DNA of 64,000 bases from Bacteroidales bacterium UBA1187 (GTDB lineage: Bacteria; Bacteroidota; Bacteroidia; Bacteroidales; Paludibacteraceae): contig DBYL01000019.1 of the NCBI GenBank assembly GCA_002309835.1, positions 5,937 through 69,936 of the forward strand, written 5' to 3'. Positions 47,972 to 56,762 of this stretch are shown piece after piece. The position numbers were made by a program, and so were the translations under genes. The notes beneath the pieces were generated by a model that was not told the origin of the DNA, did no database searches, and saw only the letters and a program-made list of their open reading frames with translations. Position 1 is the first letter of the stretch. Every line of letters begins with the position of its first letter.

Positions 47972-49183
47972 ATGAATAGAGCTGATTTTCCTATATTAAA
48001 AGAACAAGTATACGGATGCAACTTGGTGTATCTGGATAATGCCGCTACGAGCCAAAAGCCGCAGCAGGTGTTGGATGCTATCGTTGAGGCGTACACACAT
48101 TGGAACAGTAATATCCACCGCGGTGTGCACCATCTGAGTCAGGTAGCTACCGCCAAACACGAAGAGGCACGAAAGGCTGTGGCGCAGTTCATTAACGCCA
48201 AAGAGCCGGAGGAGATCATCTTCGCCAAAGGCACGACGGATAGCATTAATGCCTTAGCCTTCAGTATTGGTGAGTTACTGGTGAAGGAAGGCGATGAGAT
48301 CATCGTCAGCGGGCTGGAGCACCACTCGAATATCGTGCCTTGGCAGATGCTCTGCGAGCGTAAGAAAGCGGTGCTCAAACATATTCCGTTGCGCGAAGAT
48401 CTGACGTTGGATATTAACGTCTTCAAGGCACTTCTGAGCGACAAGACGCGACTGGTAAGCGTAGCACATGTAAGTAATGTGTTAGGTACTATCCAACCGA
48501 TAGAAACGATCATCCGCCTGGCGCATGAACGCGGGATTCCGGTGTGTATCGATGGCGCACAGAGTGTGCCGCATATGAAGGTGGATGTGCAGGCTTTGGA
48601 TTGCGATTTTCTCGCTTTCTCAGGACATAAGATGTACGGTCCGACGGGCATCGGTGTGCTGTATGGCAAGCAGGAGTGGTTGGAGAAATTGCCTCCACAT
48701 GAAGGAGGCGGTGAGATGATCCATCATGTGCGCTGGAGTGGCACGACGTATAATGATCTGCCGTATAAGTTCGAAGCAGGAACCCCTAATTTCGTGGGTT
48801 CTTGGGCACTGAAGACGGCTATCGATTATATGCAATCCGTTGGTTTAGAGGCTATTGAGAAGCATGAACGGGAACTGACGGAGTACTGCGAACAGCAGTT
48901 GATTAGTGCAGGGTGTAAGGTGTACGGTGTCGGTCAACCGAAAGCCGGTGTGATCAGTTTTAATATCTATGACGGTGAGCAACTCATCCATCCGTTTGAT
49001 GTAGGTACATTACTGGATCAGCAGGGTGTTGCGGTGCGCACGGGTCACCATTGTGCAGAGCCGCTGATCGATGAGTTGGGTGTTCCGGGAACAGTGAGAG
49101 TGTCGTTCGGTTTATACAACGACAAGAGCGATGTAGATGCCTTTATCGCTGCCTTGAAAAAGGCACAAAGCATGTTAGCCTGA
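47972..49183 (+). CDS. sufS: Cysteine desulfurase, SufS type
   Basis: Class-V aminotransferase. PLP lysine in FSGHKMYGPTG and catalytic Cys in RTGHHCAEP. Confidence 0.9.
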   Translation: MNRADFPILKEQVYGCNLVYLDNAATSQKPQQVLDAIVEAYTHWNSNIHRGVHHLSQVATAKHEEARKAVAQFINAKEPEEIIFAKGTTDSINALAFSIGELLVKEGDEIIVSGLEHHSNIVPWQMLCERKKAVLKHIPLREDLTLDINVFKALLSDKTRLVSVAHVSNVLGTIQPIETIIRLAHERGIPVCIDGAQSVPHMKVDVQALDCDFLAFSGHKMYGPTGIGVLYGKQEWLEKLPPHEGGGEMIHHVRWSGTTYNDLPYKFEAGTPNFVGSWALKTAIDYMQSVGLEAIEKHERELTEYCEQQLISAGCKVYGVGQPKAGVISFNIYDGEQLIHPFDVGTLLDQQGVAVRTGHHCAEPLIDELGVPGTVRVSFGLYNDKSDVDAFIAALKKAQSMLA

Positions 49184-50085
49184 TGTCCTTGGTTTCTATC
49201 CTTCTGATTGTGATTGTCAACTATAATGTTGAGAATCTGTTTCACCCAAAGCATGATAGCATTGCTATCAACAATACTACGTGGGTAGAGAAGGATGATT
49301 ATGAATGGACGCCTGACGGAGATCGCCATTGGAGTTACAGCCGTTATTATCGCAAAGTGGAGAATATAGCACGCGTGCTGACGAATATCGGTGAGTGGCC
49401 AGGCGTGGATGTAGTGGGTTTGCAGGAAGTGGAGAATGCACTGTGTATCAAGCGTTTATGCCGAACACTTAGGCGTAATGAATATGATTTTGTACATTAC
49501 GAGAGTCCCGACAGACGCGGCATAGACGTAGCATTTATCTATAAGAAAGCACGCATAGACACGATCGCTACTAAGCCTCTAAGAGTAGATTTAGGCAAAG
49601 AGACAACGCGGGATATATTGTATGTCAGCGCTAAGATAGATCGTAAAGATACCATTCATTTCTTCGTCTGCCATCTGCCGAGTCAACGAGGCGGAGCGGC
49701 AGAAAGTCAATGGAAAAGAGACCAAGCAAAAAAGGTATTGCAAGACGCTATAGACTCGCTTTGTGCTATTCATCCAAATCCCCAAATCATCGTCATGGGG
49801 GATATGAATAGTAAGCCGCAGCAAGATCTTAATGGACTGAATAACAGGATGTTAACCATTAAGAATGGTGGTACACATAAGTATCAAGGCCAATGGACTT
49901 GCTTGGACCAATTCTATACCTCGCCGGCCTTGGATAGTATCAGTGATGTACGCATCTATGATGCGGAATGGATACAAGAGACGGATGAGAAATTTATGGG
50001 ATTAAAGCCCAAAAGGACCTATAATGGTTTTCACTATCAGAATGGTTTTTCGGACCACCTGCCGATTATTTTGAATATTCATTAA
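49183..50085 (+). CDS. Endonuclease/exonuclease/phosphatase (EEP) family protein
   Basis: EEP motifs NVENLF, GLQEVEN, GDMNS and SDHLP. Confidence 0.8.
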   Translation: MSLVSILLIVIVNYNVENLFHPKHDSIAINNTTWVEKDDYEWTPDGDRHWSYSRYYRKVENIARVLTNIGEWPGVDVVGLQEVENALCIKRLCRTLRRNEYDFVHYESPDRRGIDVAFIYKKARIDTIATKPLRVDLGKETTRDILYVSAKIDRKDTIHFFVCHLPSQRGGAAESQWKRDQAKKVLQDAIDSLCAIHPNPQIIVMGDMNSKPQQDLNGLNNRMLTIKNGGTHKYQGQWTCLDQFYTSPALDSISDVRIYDAEWIQETDEKFMGLKPKRTYNGFHYQNGFSDHLPIILNIH

Positions 50086-50096
50086 CACCAATTCAT

Positions 50097-52049
50097 ATGA
50101 AAAAAGTATTCTTTTTTGCAATCTTAGTAATGATGAGCATGATTAGTTGTACCAAACAGGAAAAGGCATTGTATGACGGAATTGTCTTTACAGATGAGCG
50201 CATGGAACGAGGCGTTAAACAAGCTGCGGCTCTGTGGCGTGAAGAAGATGGTTCCAAAGAAGAGTTTCAAGCTTTCGTAGCCCAAAACTACGCCAAGACG
50301 GAAGAGGAACGTACTGCGCTGTTCGAAAGCCTCAGCCGTATTATGGAAAAATTAAACGAAAGTGCTGATATTCTGACTGTTGAATTACTCAAACCCACCC
50401 AATTAACTAATGCAGGTGAGCCTACAGAAGTCGATTGGATTATGTCCGGTTATAGTGCTTCTGCACATGTGATAGATGATCTTTTTGCCAATAAAGTGGC
50501 CTTTATCACGATTCTTAATTTCCCTTTCTATACGCTTGAGGAAAAGAATACTTTAGGTACGCAATGGACGCGTCAACAATGGGCTGAGGCGCGCCTTGGA
50601 GATGTATTCACTGATCGTGTACCGGCAAAAGTACAGGCAAATATGGCGCAGACTTTTGTAAACGCAGAAAACTATATCGCAGATTATAATATCTGTATGG
50701 ATCGCTTGCGCACGGAAGATGGACGCCAACTCTTCCCGGATGGAATGACGCTGCTCAGTCACTGGAATCTGCGTGATGAACTGAAGGTAGATTATGATGC
50801 GCAAGAGAAGCAGGAGATGATCTATCAAGTGATGCAACATATTGTGCGTCAGACCATTCCGCAAGAAGTTATTAACAATCATGAACCGCTTTGGTATCCT
50901 TTCTCTAACCGTGTTGAGAACGGAGACTCCAAGCGTGAAGCGGATACGCGTTATCAGAAGATTCTGGATATCTTCCATGCTATGCAGCAGATGGATACGT
51001 ATTTTCCGAATATGCCTACTGGTATTATCCGTAATTTTGAAGGAGACATAGAGATTCCGGCTGATGAAGTAGAGCGCTTGTTTACGGAACTTATAAGTTC
51101 CGAGCAAGTAGGTATTGTGGCTGCGGAAATCAAAAATCGTTTAGGTCGAGACCTGCGTCCTTATGATATATGGTACGATGGTTTTAAAGCGCGCAGTGCT
51201 ATGAACGAAGATGAACTGAGTGCACAAACACGCAAACTCTATCCTACTCCTGAAGCATATCAGAAGCAGATTCCTTCTATGCTGCAGAACTTAGGCTTTA
51301 CCAAAGAAAATGCGGAAGAGATTGCCAGTCATATTATGGTAGAACCAGCGCGTGGTTCCGGTCATGCATGGCCTTGCGTAGGAAAAAATGAACCGGCACG
51401 TTTACGCACACGCATTTCAGAAAACGGCATGGATTATAAGGGGTATAATATTGCTGTTCATGAGATGGGTCATAATGTAGAAGAAGTGATAAGTCTCTAT
51501 AAGATGGACTATTACATGCTGCATGGAATACCTAATACTGGTTTTACCGAGACAAGTGCATTTCTATTCCAGCATCGTGATTTACAATTATTGGGTTACG
51601 GACGTCAGGAGATGGATAAAGAATCTATCTATGATCAGTTCTGGGGAATGTATGAGATAATGGGTGTTAGTTTGGTAGATATGCATGTTTGGCAATGGCT
51701 GTATGCGCACCCTAAAGCTACCGCAGCTGAATTGCGCGAAGCTACACTTGCTATTGCAGCAGATATATGGAATAAATATTATGAACCGGTTTTAGGAGAG
51801 AAAAACTGTGTATTATTAGCTATCTACAGCCATATGGTAAATAGTCCTATGTATCTGCCTAATTATCCTATCGGACATATTGTGCAATTCCAATTAGAAG
51901 AGGCACTGGCAAATACTACACCTTCACAATGGGCAGAGAAATATGAACGTTGGTATCGTTTGGGCCGTTTAACACCGGATGTATGGATGCAACAAGCTGT
52001 TAACGGAGAGTTATCCGTACAACCAATTTTAAGAAAAATAGAAAAATAA
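50097..52049 (+). CDS. Putative zinc metallopeptidase lipoprotein (HEMGH motif), family unassigned
   Basis: Lipobox SMISC|T and a single HExxH (VHEMGHNVEE). 650 aa, mostly helical-looking. Confidence 0.5.
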   Translation: MKKVFFFAILVMMSMISCTKQEKALYDGIVFTDERMERGVKQAAALWREEDGSKEEFQAFVAQNYAKTEEERTALFESLSRIMEKLNESADILTVELLKPTQLTNAGEPTEVDWIMSGYSASAHVIDDLFANKVAFITILNFPFYTLEEKNTLGTQWTRQQWAEARLGDVFTDRVPAKVQANMAQTFVNAENYIADYNICMDRLRTEDGRQLFPDGMTLLSHWNLRDELKVDYDAQEKQEMIYQVMQHIVRQTIPQEVINNHEPLWYPFSNRVENGDSKREADTRYQKILDIFHAMQQMDTYFPNMPTGIIRNFEGDIEIPADEVERLFTELISSEQVGIVAAEIKNRLGRDLRPYDIWYDGFKARSAMNEDELSAQTRKLYPTPEAYQKQIPSMLQNLGFTKENAEEIASHIMVEPARGSGHAWPCVGKNEPARLRTRISENGMDYKGYNIAVHEMGHNVEEVISLYKMDYYMLHGIPNTGFTETSAFLFQHRDLQLLGYGRQEMDKESIYDQFWGMYEIMGVSLVDMHVWQWLYAHPKATAAELREATLAIAADIWNKYYEPVLGEKNCVLLAIYSHMVNSPMYLPNYPIGHIVQFQLEEALANTTPSQWAEKYERWYRLGRLTPDVWMQQAVNGELSVQPILRKIEK

Positions 52050-52055
52050 TTTATT

Positions 52056-52529
52056 ATGGATATCTTTCTTTTAGTACTTGCATTTTTATGCATGCTGATA
52101 GGTATTATCGGCTGTATTATTCCTGGTTTGCCAGGTACACCTATTGCTTATATCGGATTATGGATAGCGCAGGCTACCACACGTATTGATTTTTCATGGC
52201 AGATGCTGTTAGTTTGGGGTATTATCACTATTATTGTATCTGTATTAGATTATATCGTGCCGGCATGGGGAACCAAACAATTCGGCGGTACTAAATATGG
52301 CATATGGGGAAGTACTATTGGCGTATTTGTAGGTTTGTTTTTTGGCGCAATAGGTGTTATTATCGGTCCGTTGGTAGGTGCTATACTCGGTGAAATGATA
52401 AACGGAAAGGAACTAAAAAAGGCTATCCGTGCCGGATGGGGAAGTTTTATAGGTATTTTAATGGGTACACTTATAAAAATAATATGCTGCGGCCTCATGA
52501 CCACAGCACTTATTAAAGCTATTTTATAA
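52056..52529 (+). CDS. Small polytopic membrane protein (DUF456-like)
   Basis: 157 aa with four Gly-rich hydrophobic segments. Confidence 0.45.
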   Translation: MDIFLLVLAFLCMLIGIIGCIIPGLPGTPIAYIGLWIAQATTRIDFSWQMLLVWGIITIIVSVLDYIVPAWGTKQFGGTKYGIWGSTIGVFVGLFFGAIGVIIGPLVGAILGEMINGKELKKAIRAGWGSFIGILMGTLIKIICCGLMTTALIKAIL

Positions 52530-52535
52530 ATTTTA

Positions 52536-53480
52536 CTAACTCATTTCCAACATACGTTGGATGGAAGAGATGGCCTTCTCGGCTGTCTCTTTTTTTACAA
52601 TCATCTCAGGCGCCTCGTTCAGCAAGCATTTATACACTTTCTCAAGCGTATTCATCCGCATATACTCGCATTCGTTACAACTACATCCTACGCCTTCTGT
52701 CACCTCTGGTGGAACAGGAATAAACTCCTTATCCGGACATGCACGTTGCATCTCAAAGAGAATTCCGCTTTCTGTAGCGATTATAAAGCGTTTGACGGGC
52801 GATTTGATTGTGTGCTCGAGCAATGCTTTCGTCGAACCTATTACGTCGCTCTGCGCGAGTATTGGCGCCTTACACTCAGGATGAGCAAGCACTTCTACAC
52901 CCGGATTATCTTTTTTAATTTGTAAAAGCGCCTCTAATGAAAAACGGCTATGCACATGACACGCACCGTTCCATAGAAGCATATTACGTCCCGTTACGGA
53001 ATTGATATACGATCCTAAGTTATGATCCGGACCGAAGATTATCTTAGCATCTGCAGGTAACTGATCTACTATCTTCTTGGCGTTAGACGAAGTCACCACT
53101 ACATCCGTCAGCGCTTTCACGTCTGCAGAGGTGTTTACATAACTAACCACCATATGATCCGGATGTTCGGCTTTGAAAGCTGCCAGGTCTTCTGCCTTAC
53201 AACTATCCGCTAACGAACAACCTGCATTCATATCCGGGATGAGCACTTTCTTATCCGGACAAAGGATTTTCATCGTCTCACCCATAAAATGCACGCCACA
53301 CATTATTAATATATCCGCCTGTACGCGCGTAGCCTGTTGCGCCAACGCTAAAGAATCACCGATGAAATCGGCTATTTCTTGTATTTCCGGTCTGGTATAA
53401 TAATGTGCGAAAATTACTGCATTCTTCTCCTTCGCTAAGGATTTAATTTTATCTATATATTCTTTACTTTTTAAATCCAT
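52536..53480 (-). CDS. nadA: Quinolinate synthase
   Basis: 314 aa. ...NAVIFAHYYTRPEIQEIADFIGDSL... with conserved Cys ligands (MNAGCSLADSC, ...CHVHSRF, ...VGCSCNECEYM). Confidence 0.85.
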   Translation of the reverse strand: MDLKSKEYIDKIKSLAKEKNAVIFAHYYTRPEIQEIADFIGDSLALAQQATRVQADILIMCGVHFMGETMKILCPDKKVLIPDMNAGCSLADSCKAEDLAAFKAEHPDHMVVSYVNTSADVKALTDVVVTSSNAKKIVDQLPADAKIIFGPDHNLGSYINSVTGRNMLLWNGACHVHSRFSLEALLQIKKDNPGVEVLAHPECKAPILAQSDVIGSTKALLEHTIKSPVKRFIIATESGILFEMQRACPDKEFIPVPPEVTEGVGCSCNECEYMRMNTLEKVYKCLLNEAPEMIVKKETAEKAISSIQRMLEMS

Positions 53481-53640
53481 GGATATGAATAGGTGTTGAA
53501 TTTGTTAATAAACCAACTAACTATTTGAAAATTGTACTTTTATGTGCGTTTTCTAATGTAATACGAATGTGGACTTTTTTAACAACTGCAACGTGGAACA
53601 GGTTTTAAACTGTGTAGCATGTACGTTGTTAACAATATGT

Positions 53641-54591
53641 TTATAACCACTTCTTTAGTCTGAAAATCAGTAAGATAACTACTACTGACATAATCATCAG
53701 ACCCAGTGCAAAAGCGTATCCGTATTCCCAATGCAGTTCAGGCATGAAGTCGAAGTTCATTCCATAGAGGCTACCAATCAACGTAGGCGGCAGGAAGATA
53801 ATATTGATGACCGTGAAGATCTTAATAATTCTGTTCTGCTCGATGTTTACCAAACCGAGGAAGGTATCCTGGAGGTAGTCCAGACGGTCAAATCCGAAAC
53901 GCGTGTAGTCAAAAAGCGAGTTAATATCCTTGATAATCATCGTCAAACGCGGATAGAGTTCCTCGGGGAAGAAATCGCACTTGAGAAAGTTACTGATAAC
54001 GCGTTGTTTATCCATGATGTTTTGACGGATGATGGTCACTTTTTCTTGCAAGTCCTTGATTTGTACCAGCAAGTCTTCATCTACGTGATCCGACTCCGCA
54101 TTGATCTGTTGGGAGAGTTCGGTAATCAAATCCGTGGTGTCCTCGATAAGGTCGGCATCCTTTTCTACTCGCGTCTCCATGAGCGCTACTAACACATGAA
54201 AGCCCGTCGGGAAATTACGGGTGTTGACAAATAATTTCTTAAATGTCTCGTTAAACGTATCCAACTCGTTATCACGTATGGATACGAGGATAGAGTTCTT
54301 AAGGATAAAGTTAACCGGCTCCGTCTCAAAGTTGTTTTTCAGGAAGTTGGAGTTCGCCACAATACTGTCATCCGTTTGGATATAACGGCTGGAGAACTCA
54401 ATCTCCTCCATCTCCTCGTCTTCCTGGATATCTATTTTTAGAAAACCCTCGAGCGTGTCCTCCGTCTTATCTGATACATCGAGCAGGTCAATCCAGATAA
54501 TATCTTTCTTATCGAGCTCTTTGAGAGCGGAGATGGTACGTGCTACCTTGATTTTCTCCTTGTCTTTGTAGAATATTTTGATTTCAGACAT
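53641..54591 (-). CDS. corA: CorA-family magnesium/cobalt transporter
   Basis: YGMNF signature followed by the second C-terminal TM. 316 aa. Confidence 0.85.
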   Translation of the reverse strand: MSEIKIFYKDKEKIKVARTISALKELDKKDIIWIDLLDVSDKTEDTLEGFLKIDIQEDEEMEEIEFSSRYIQTDDSIVANSNFLKNNFETEPVNFILKNSILVSIRDNELDTFNETFKKLFVNTRNFPTGFHVLVALMETRVEKDADLIEDTTDLITELSQQINAESDHVDEDLLVQIKDLQEKVTIIRQNIMDKQRVISNFLKCDFFPEELYPRLTMIIKDINSLFDYTRFGFDRLDYLQDTFLGLVNIEQNRIIKIFTVINIIFLPPTLIGSLYGMNFDFMPELHWEYGYAFALGLMIMSVVVILLIFRLKKWL

Positions 54592-55387
54592 GATTTTTTT
54601 CGATTAAAAGGGTTAATTCAATAAATTGTTCAACACTCAGCTGTTCGGGGCGCATTGTAAAAATCTTCTCTTCGAGGATGGGATTTCCCTTACCTACCAG
54701 CTGCTGAAGAGAATTGCGCATCTGTTTTCGTCGCTGGTTGAATGCAGTCTTGACGACCGTCTTAAACAACGCCTCGTTACATTCCAACCGTCGTCGTCGG
54801 TTCCGCGTCATGCGGATCACGGCCGACTTCACTTTTGGCGGCGGGTTGAACACATATTCATCTACTGTAAATAGATATTCTATATCATAATAGGCTTGTA
54901 ATAATACCGATAAAATACCATAGGCTTTCTTGCCAGGCTTGGAAGCCAACCGCTCGGCTACTTCCTTTTGAATCATTCCCGAGCAAACAGGTATACGGTC
55001 CTTGTAGTCCAGCACTTTAAAGAAAATCTGGCTACTGATATTATACGGATAGTTACCGATGACGTTGAATTCGCCTTCGGGCACAATCGTATTCAAATCA
55101 ATTTTGAGGAAATCTCCTTCTATCAAATCCAATTCCGGATACCACTCTTTGAGATAGGCAACGCTCTCGCGGTCAATCTCGATGGCCGTGAGCTGGATAG
55201 CTTTGTTTTGAAGGAGAAACTGGGTAAGAACGCCCATACCGGGACCAATCTCTAATGTGCGGCCCGAGGTGATGGTCTCAGCAATCTTGCGGGCGACGTT
55301 CAGGTCCGTCAAGAAGTGCTGCCCCAGAAATTTCTTTGCTCGTACGGTGTTCTCGCACGATTTTTTCTTGGCATGTACTTGTTGCAT
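54584..55387 (-). CDS. rsmA: 16S rRNA (adenine1518/1519-N6)-dimethyltransferase
   Basis: FLGQHFL N-terminal block and SAM motif LEIGPGMGVLT. 267 aa. Confidence 0.9.
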   Translation of the reverse strand: MQQVHAKKKSCENTVRAKKFLGQHFLTDLNVARKIAETITSGRTLEIGPGMGVLTQFLLQNKAIQLTAIEIDRESVAYLKEWYPELDLIEGDFLKIDLNTIVPEGEFNVIGNYPYNISSQIFFKVLDYKDRIPVCSGMIQKEVAERLASKPGKKAYGILSVLLQAYYDIEYLFTVDEYVFNPPPKVKSAVIRMTRNRRRRLECNEALFKTVVKTAFNQRRKQMRNSLQQLVGKGNPILEEKIFTMRPEQLSVEQFIELTLLIEKNHV

Positions 55388-55483
55388 TGTCCGCGTGATA
55401 ATCGTCCATAGATTGTGTTAATTTAGTTCAACTTTTCCCCGTTATTGCATAGCACAGGGAACCCTTCCGGGCTTTTGCGACTG

Positions 55484-55515
55484 CAAAAGTACTGCTTTTT
55501 TTTGACATACGCAAA
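55484..55515 (-). promoter_or_regulatory. Bacteroidota-type promoter for rsmA-corA
   Basis: Minus strand reads gTTTGcgtatgtcaaaaaaaagcagTActTTTG, with a 20-nt spacer. Confidence 0.6.
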
Positions 55516-55794
55516 CTTTTTAGTAATTTTTTACTAAAATATAGTATTTTCTATATTAATAATTAACTATTTAGCCATTTGGACTTGTACAAAAATGGCT
55601 ATGTAGGTAATTATAGATGAGTCTAACTCATTGTAAAAAAGTTGCTGAAAGTTTAGCGTAAGTAATACCTAAAATTTTATGAAACTTCGGAGGGACCCAC
55701 CCACAAGGGAAGGGGCGTGCCGAAGTACTCCGCAAACTTTTGCGCATTTTTTAGGCAAAATATAGCACATTCTCTAATTTTTTAATTCAAAAAC

Positions 55795-55825
55795 TTGCCT
55801 ATATCGGCAAAAAACAGTATCTTTG
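55795..55825 (+). promoter_or_regulatory. Bacteroidota-type promoter for the fic unit
   Basis: cTTGcctatatcggcaaaaaacagTAtcTTTG, with a 20-nt spacer, 31 nt upstream of the ATG. Confidence 0.6.
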
Positions 55826-55856
55826 CAGCGAATTTTGAATAAAACTTGCCGATATT

Positions 55857-56738
55857 ATGGAATATCTATCTGTTAGTCAATTTGCAGAAAAGTACGGAAT
55901 GAGCGTTCGAACCGCTCGAAATCTTTGCGCCACAGGGAAGATAAAAGGTGTCTTCTTAACCGGTAAAACATGGAATATACCTGCAGATTCTGTGTTGCCA
56001 CAGAAGAGAAAGCAGAAAATATCTCCGCTTTTACAACGGCTGCGTGAAGAAAAAGAGACTAAATTGCATGGCGGTATCTATCATCGTACGCAGATTGATT
56101 TAACCTATAATTCCAACCACATAGAAGGCTCGCGTTTAACCAAAGAGCAGACGCGATATATCTTTGAAACCAACACATTAGGTGTTACCAGTGAGAGTAC
56201 AAGGATTGATGATATCATAGAAACCATCAATCACTTCCGTTGTATTGATTTTGTTATAGACCATGCGATGGATAAAATCACCGAACCGTTTATCAAGCAG
56301 TTGCATTTAATACTCAAATCCAATACTGCTGATAGTCAAAAACCATGGTTTGCTGTCGGGGATTACAAACGCTTGGCGAATGAAGTTGGTGATAGAGAGA
56401 CTGTCCAACCTCAGGATGTGCATAACCACATGAAGGTGTTGCTTTCGGACTATAATGCGCTCAAAGAAGTAGAATTCGATAACATCCTTGATTTTCACGT
56501 TCGCTTTGAGCGTATTCATCCATTTCAAGATGGTAATGGACGTGTAGGACGTTTACTTTTATTATGGCAATGCCTGCAAAATGGGATAGTACCTTTTATC
56601 ATCACCGATGAATTACGACTATTCTATTATAGAGGCCTTCAAAATTGGGGAGAAACCAACGGCTACTTGCGCGACACTTGCCTTACCGCGCAAGATCAAT
56701 TCACCGCCTTGCTGAATTATTTTAAAATCAAATACTAA
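55857..56738 (+). CDS. Fic-family protein (AMPylase type) with N-terminal helix-turn-helix and intramolecular inhibitory motif
   Basis: Fic motif HPFQDGNGRVGR (56517-56552). Upstream S-x-x-x-E-G (SNHIEG, 56112-56129) matches the published (S/T)xxxE(G/N) inhibitory helix. The N-terminus YLSVSQFAEKYGMSVRTARNLCATGKIKG looks like an excisionase/MerR-type HTH. Confidence 0.85.
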   Translation: MEYLSVSQFAEKYGMSVRTARNLCATGKIKGVFLTGKTWNIPADSVLPQKRKQKISPLLQRLREEKETKLHGGIYHRTQIDLTYNSNHIEGSRLTKEQTRYIFETNTLGVTSESTRIDDIIETINHFRCIDFVIDHAMDKITEPFIKQLHLILKSNTADSQKPWFAVGDYKRLANEVGDRETVQPQDVHNHMKVLLSDYNALKEVEFDNILDFHVRFERIHPFQDGNGRVGRLLLLWQCLQNGIVPFIITDELRLFYYRGLQNWGETNGYLRDTCLTAQDQFTALLNYFKIKY

Positions 56739-56762
56739 AAATATTTTAATTTATTATTGCTT

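Noticed and set aside
43462-53610. Shared 10-mer ACGTGGAACA upstream of apt (about 43463) and in the corA-nadA spacer (about 53593), considered as an ECF-sigma -35 (GGAAC) or regulator site
   Set aside because: There are only two copies. I could identify no matching -10 element at proper spacing, and the orientation relative to the genes is inconsistent.
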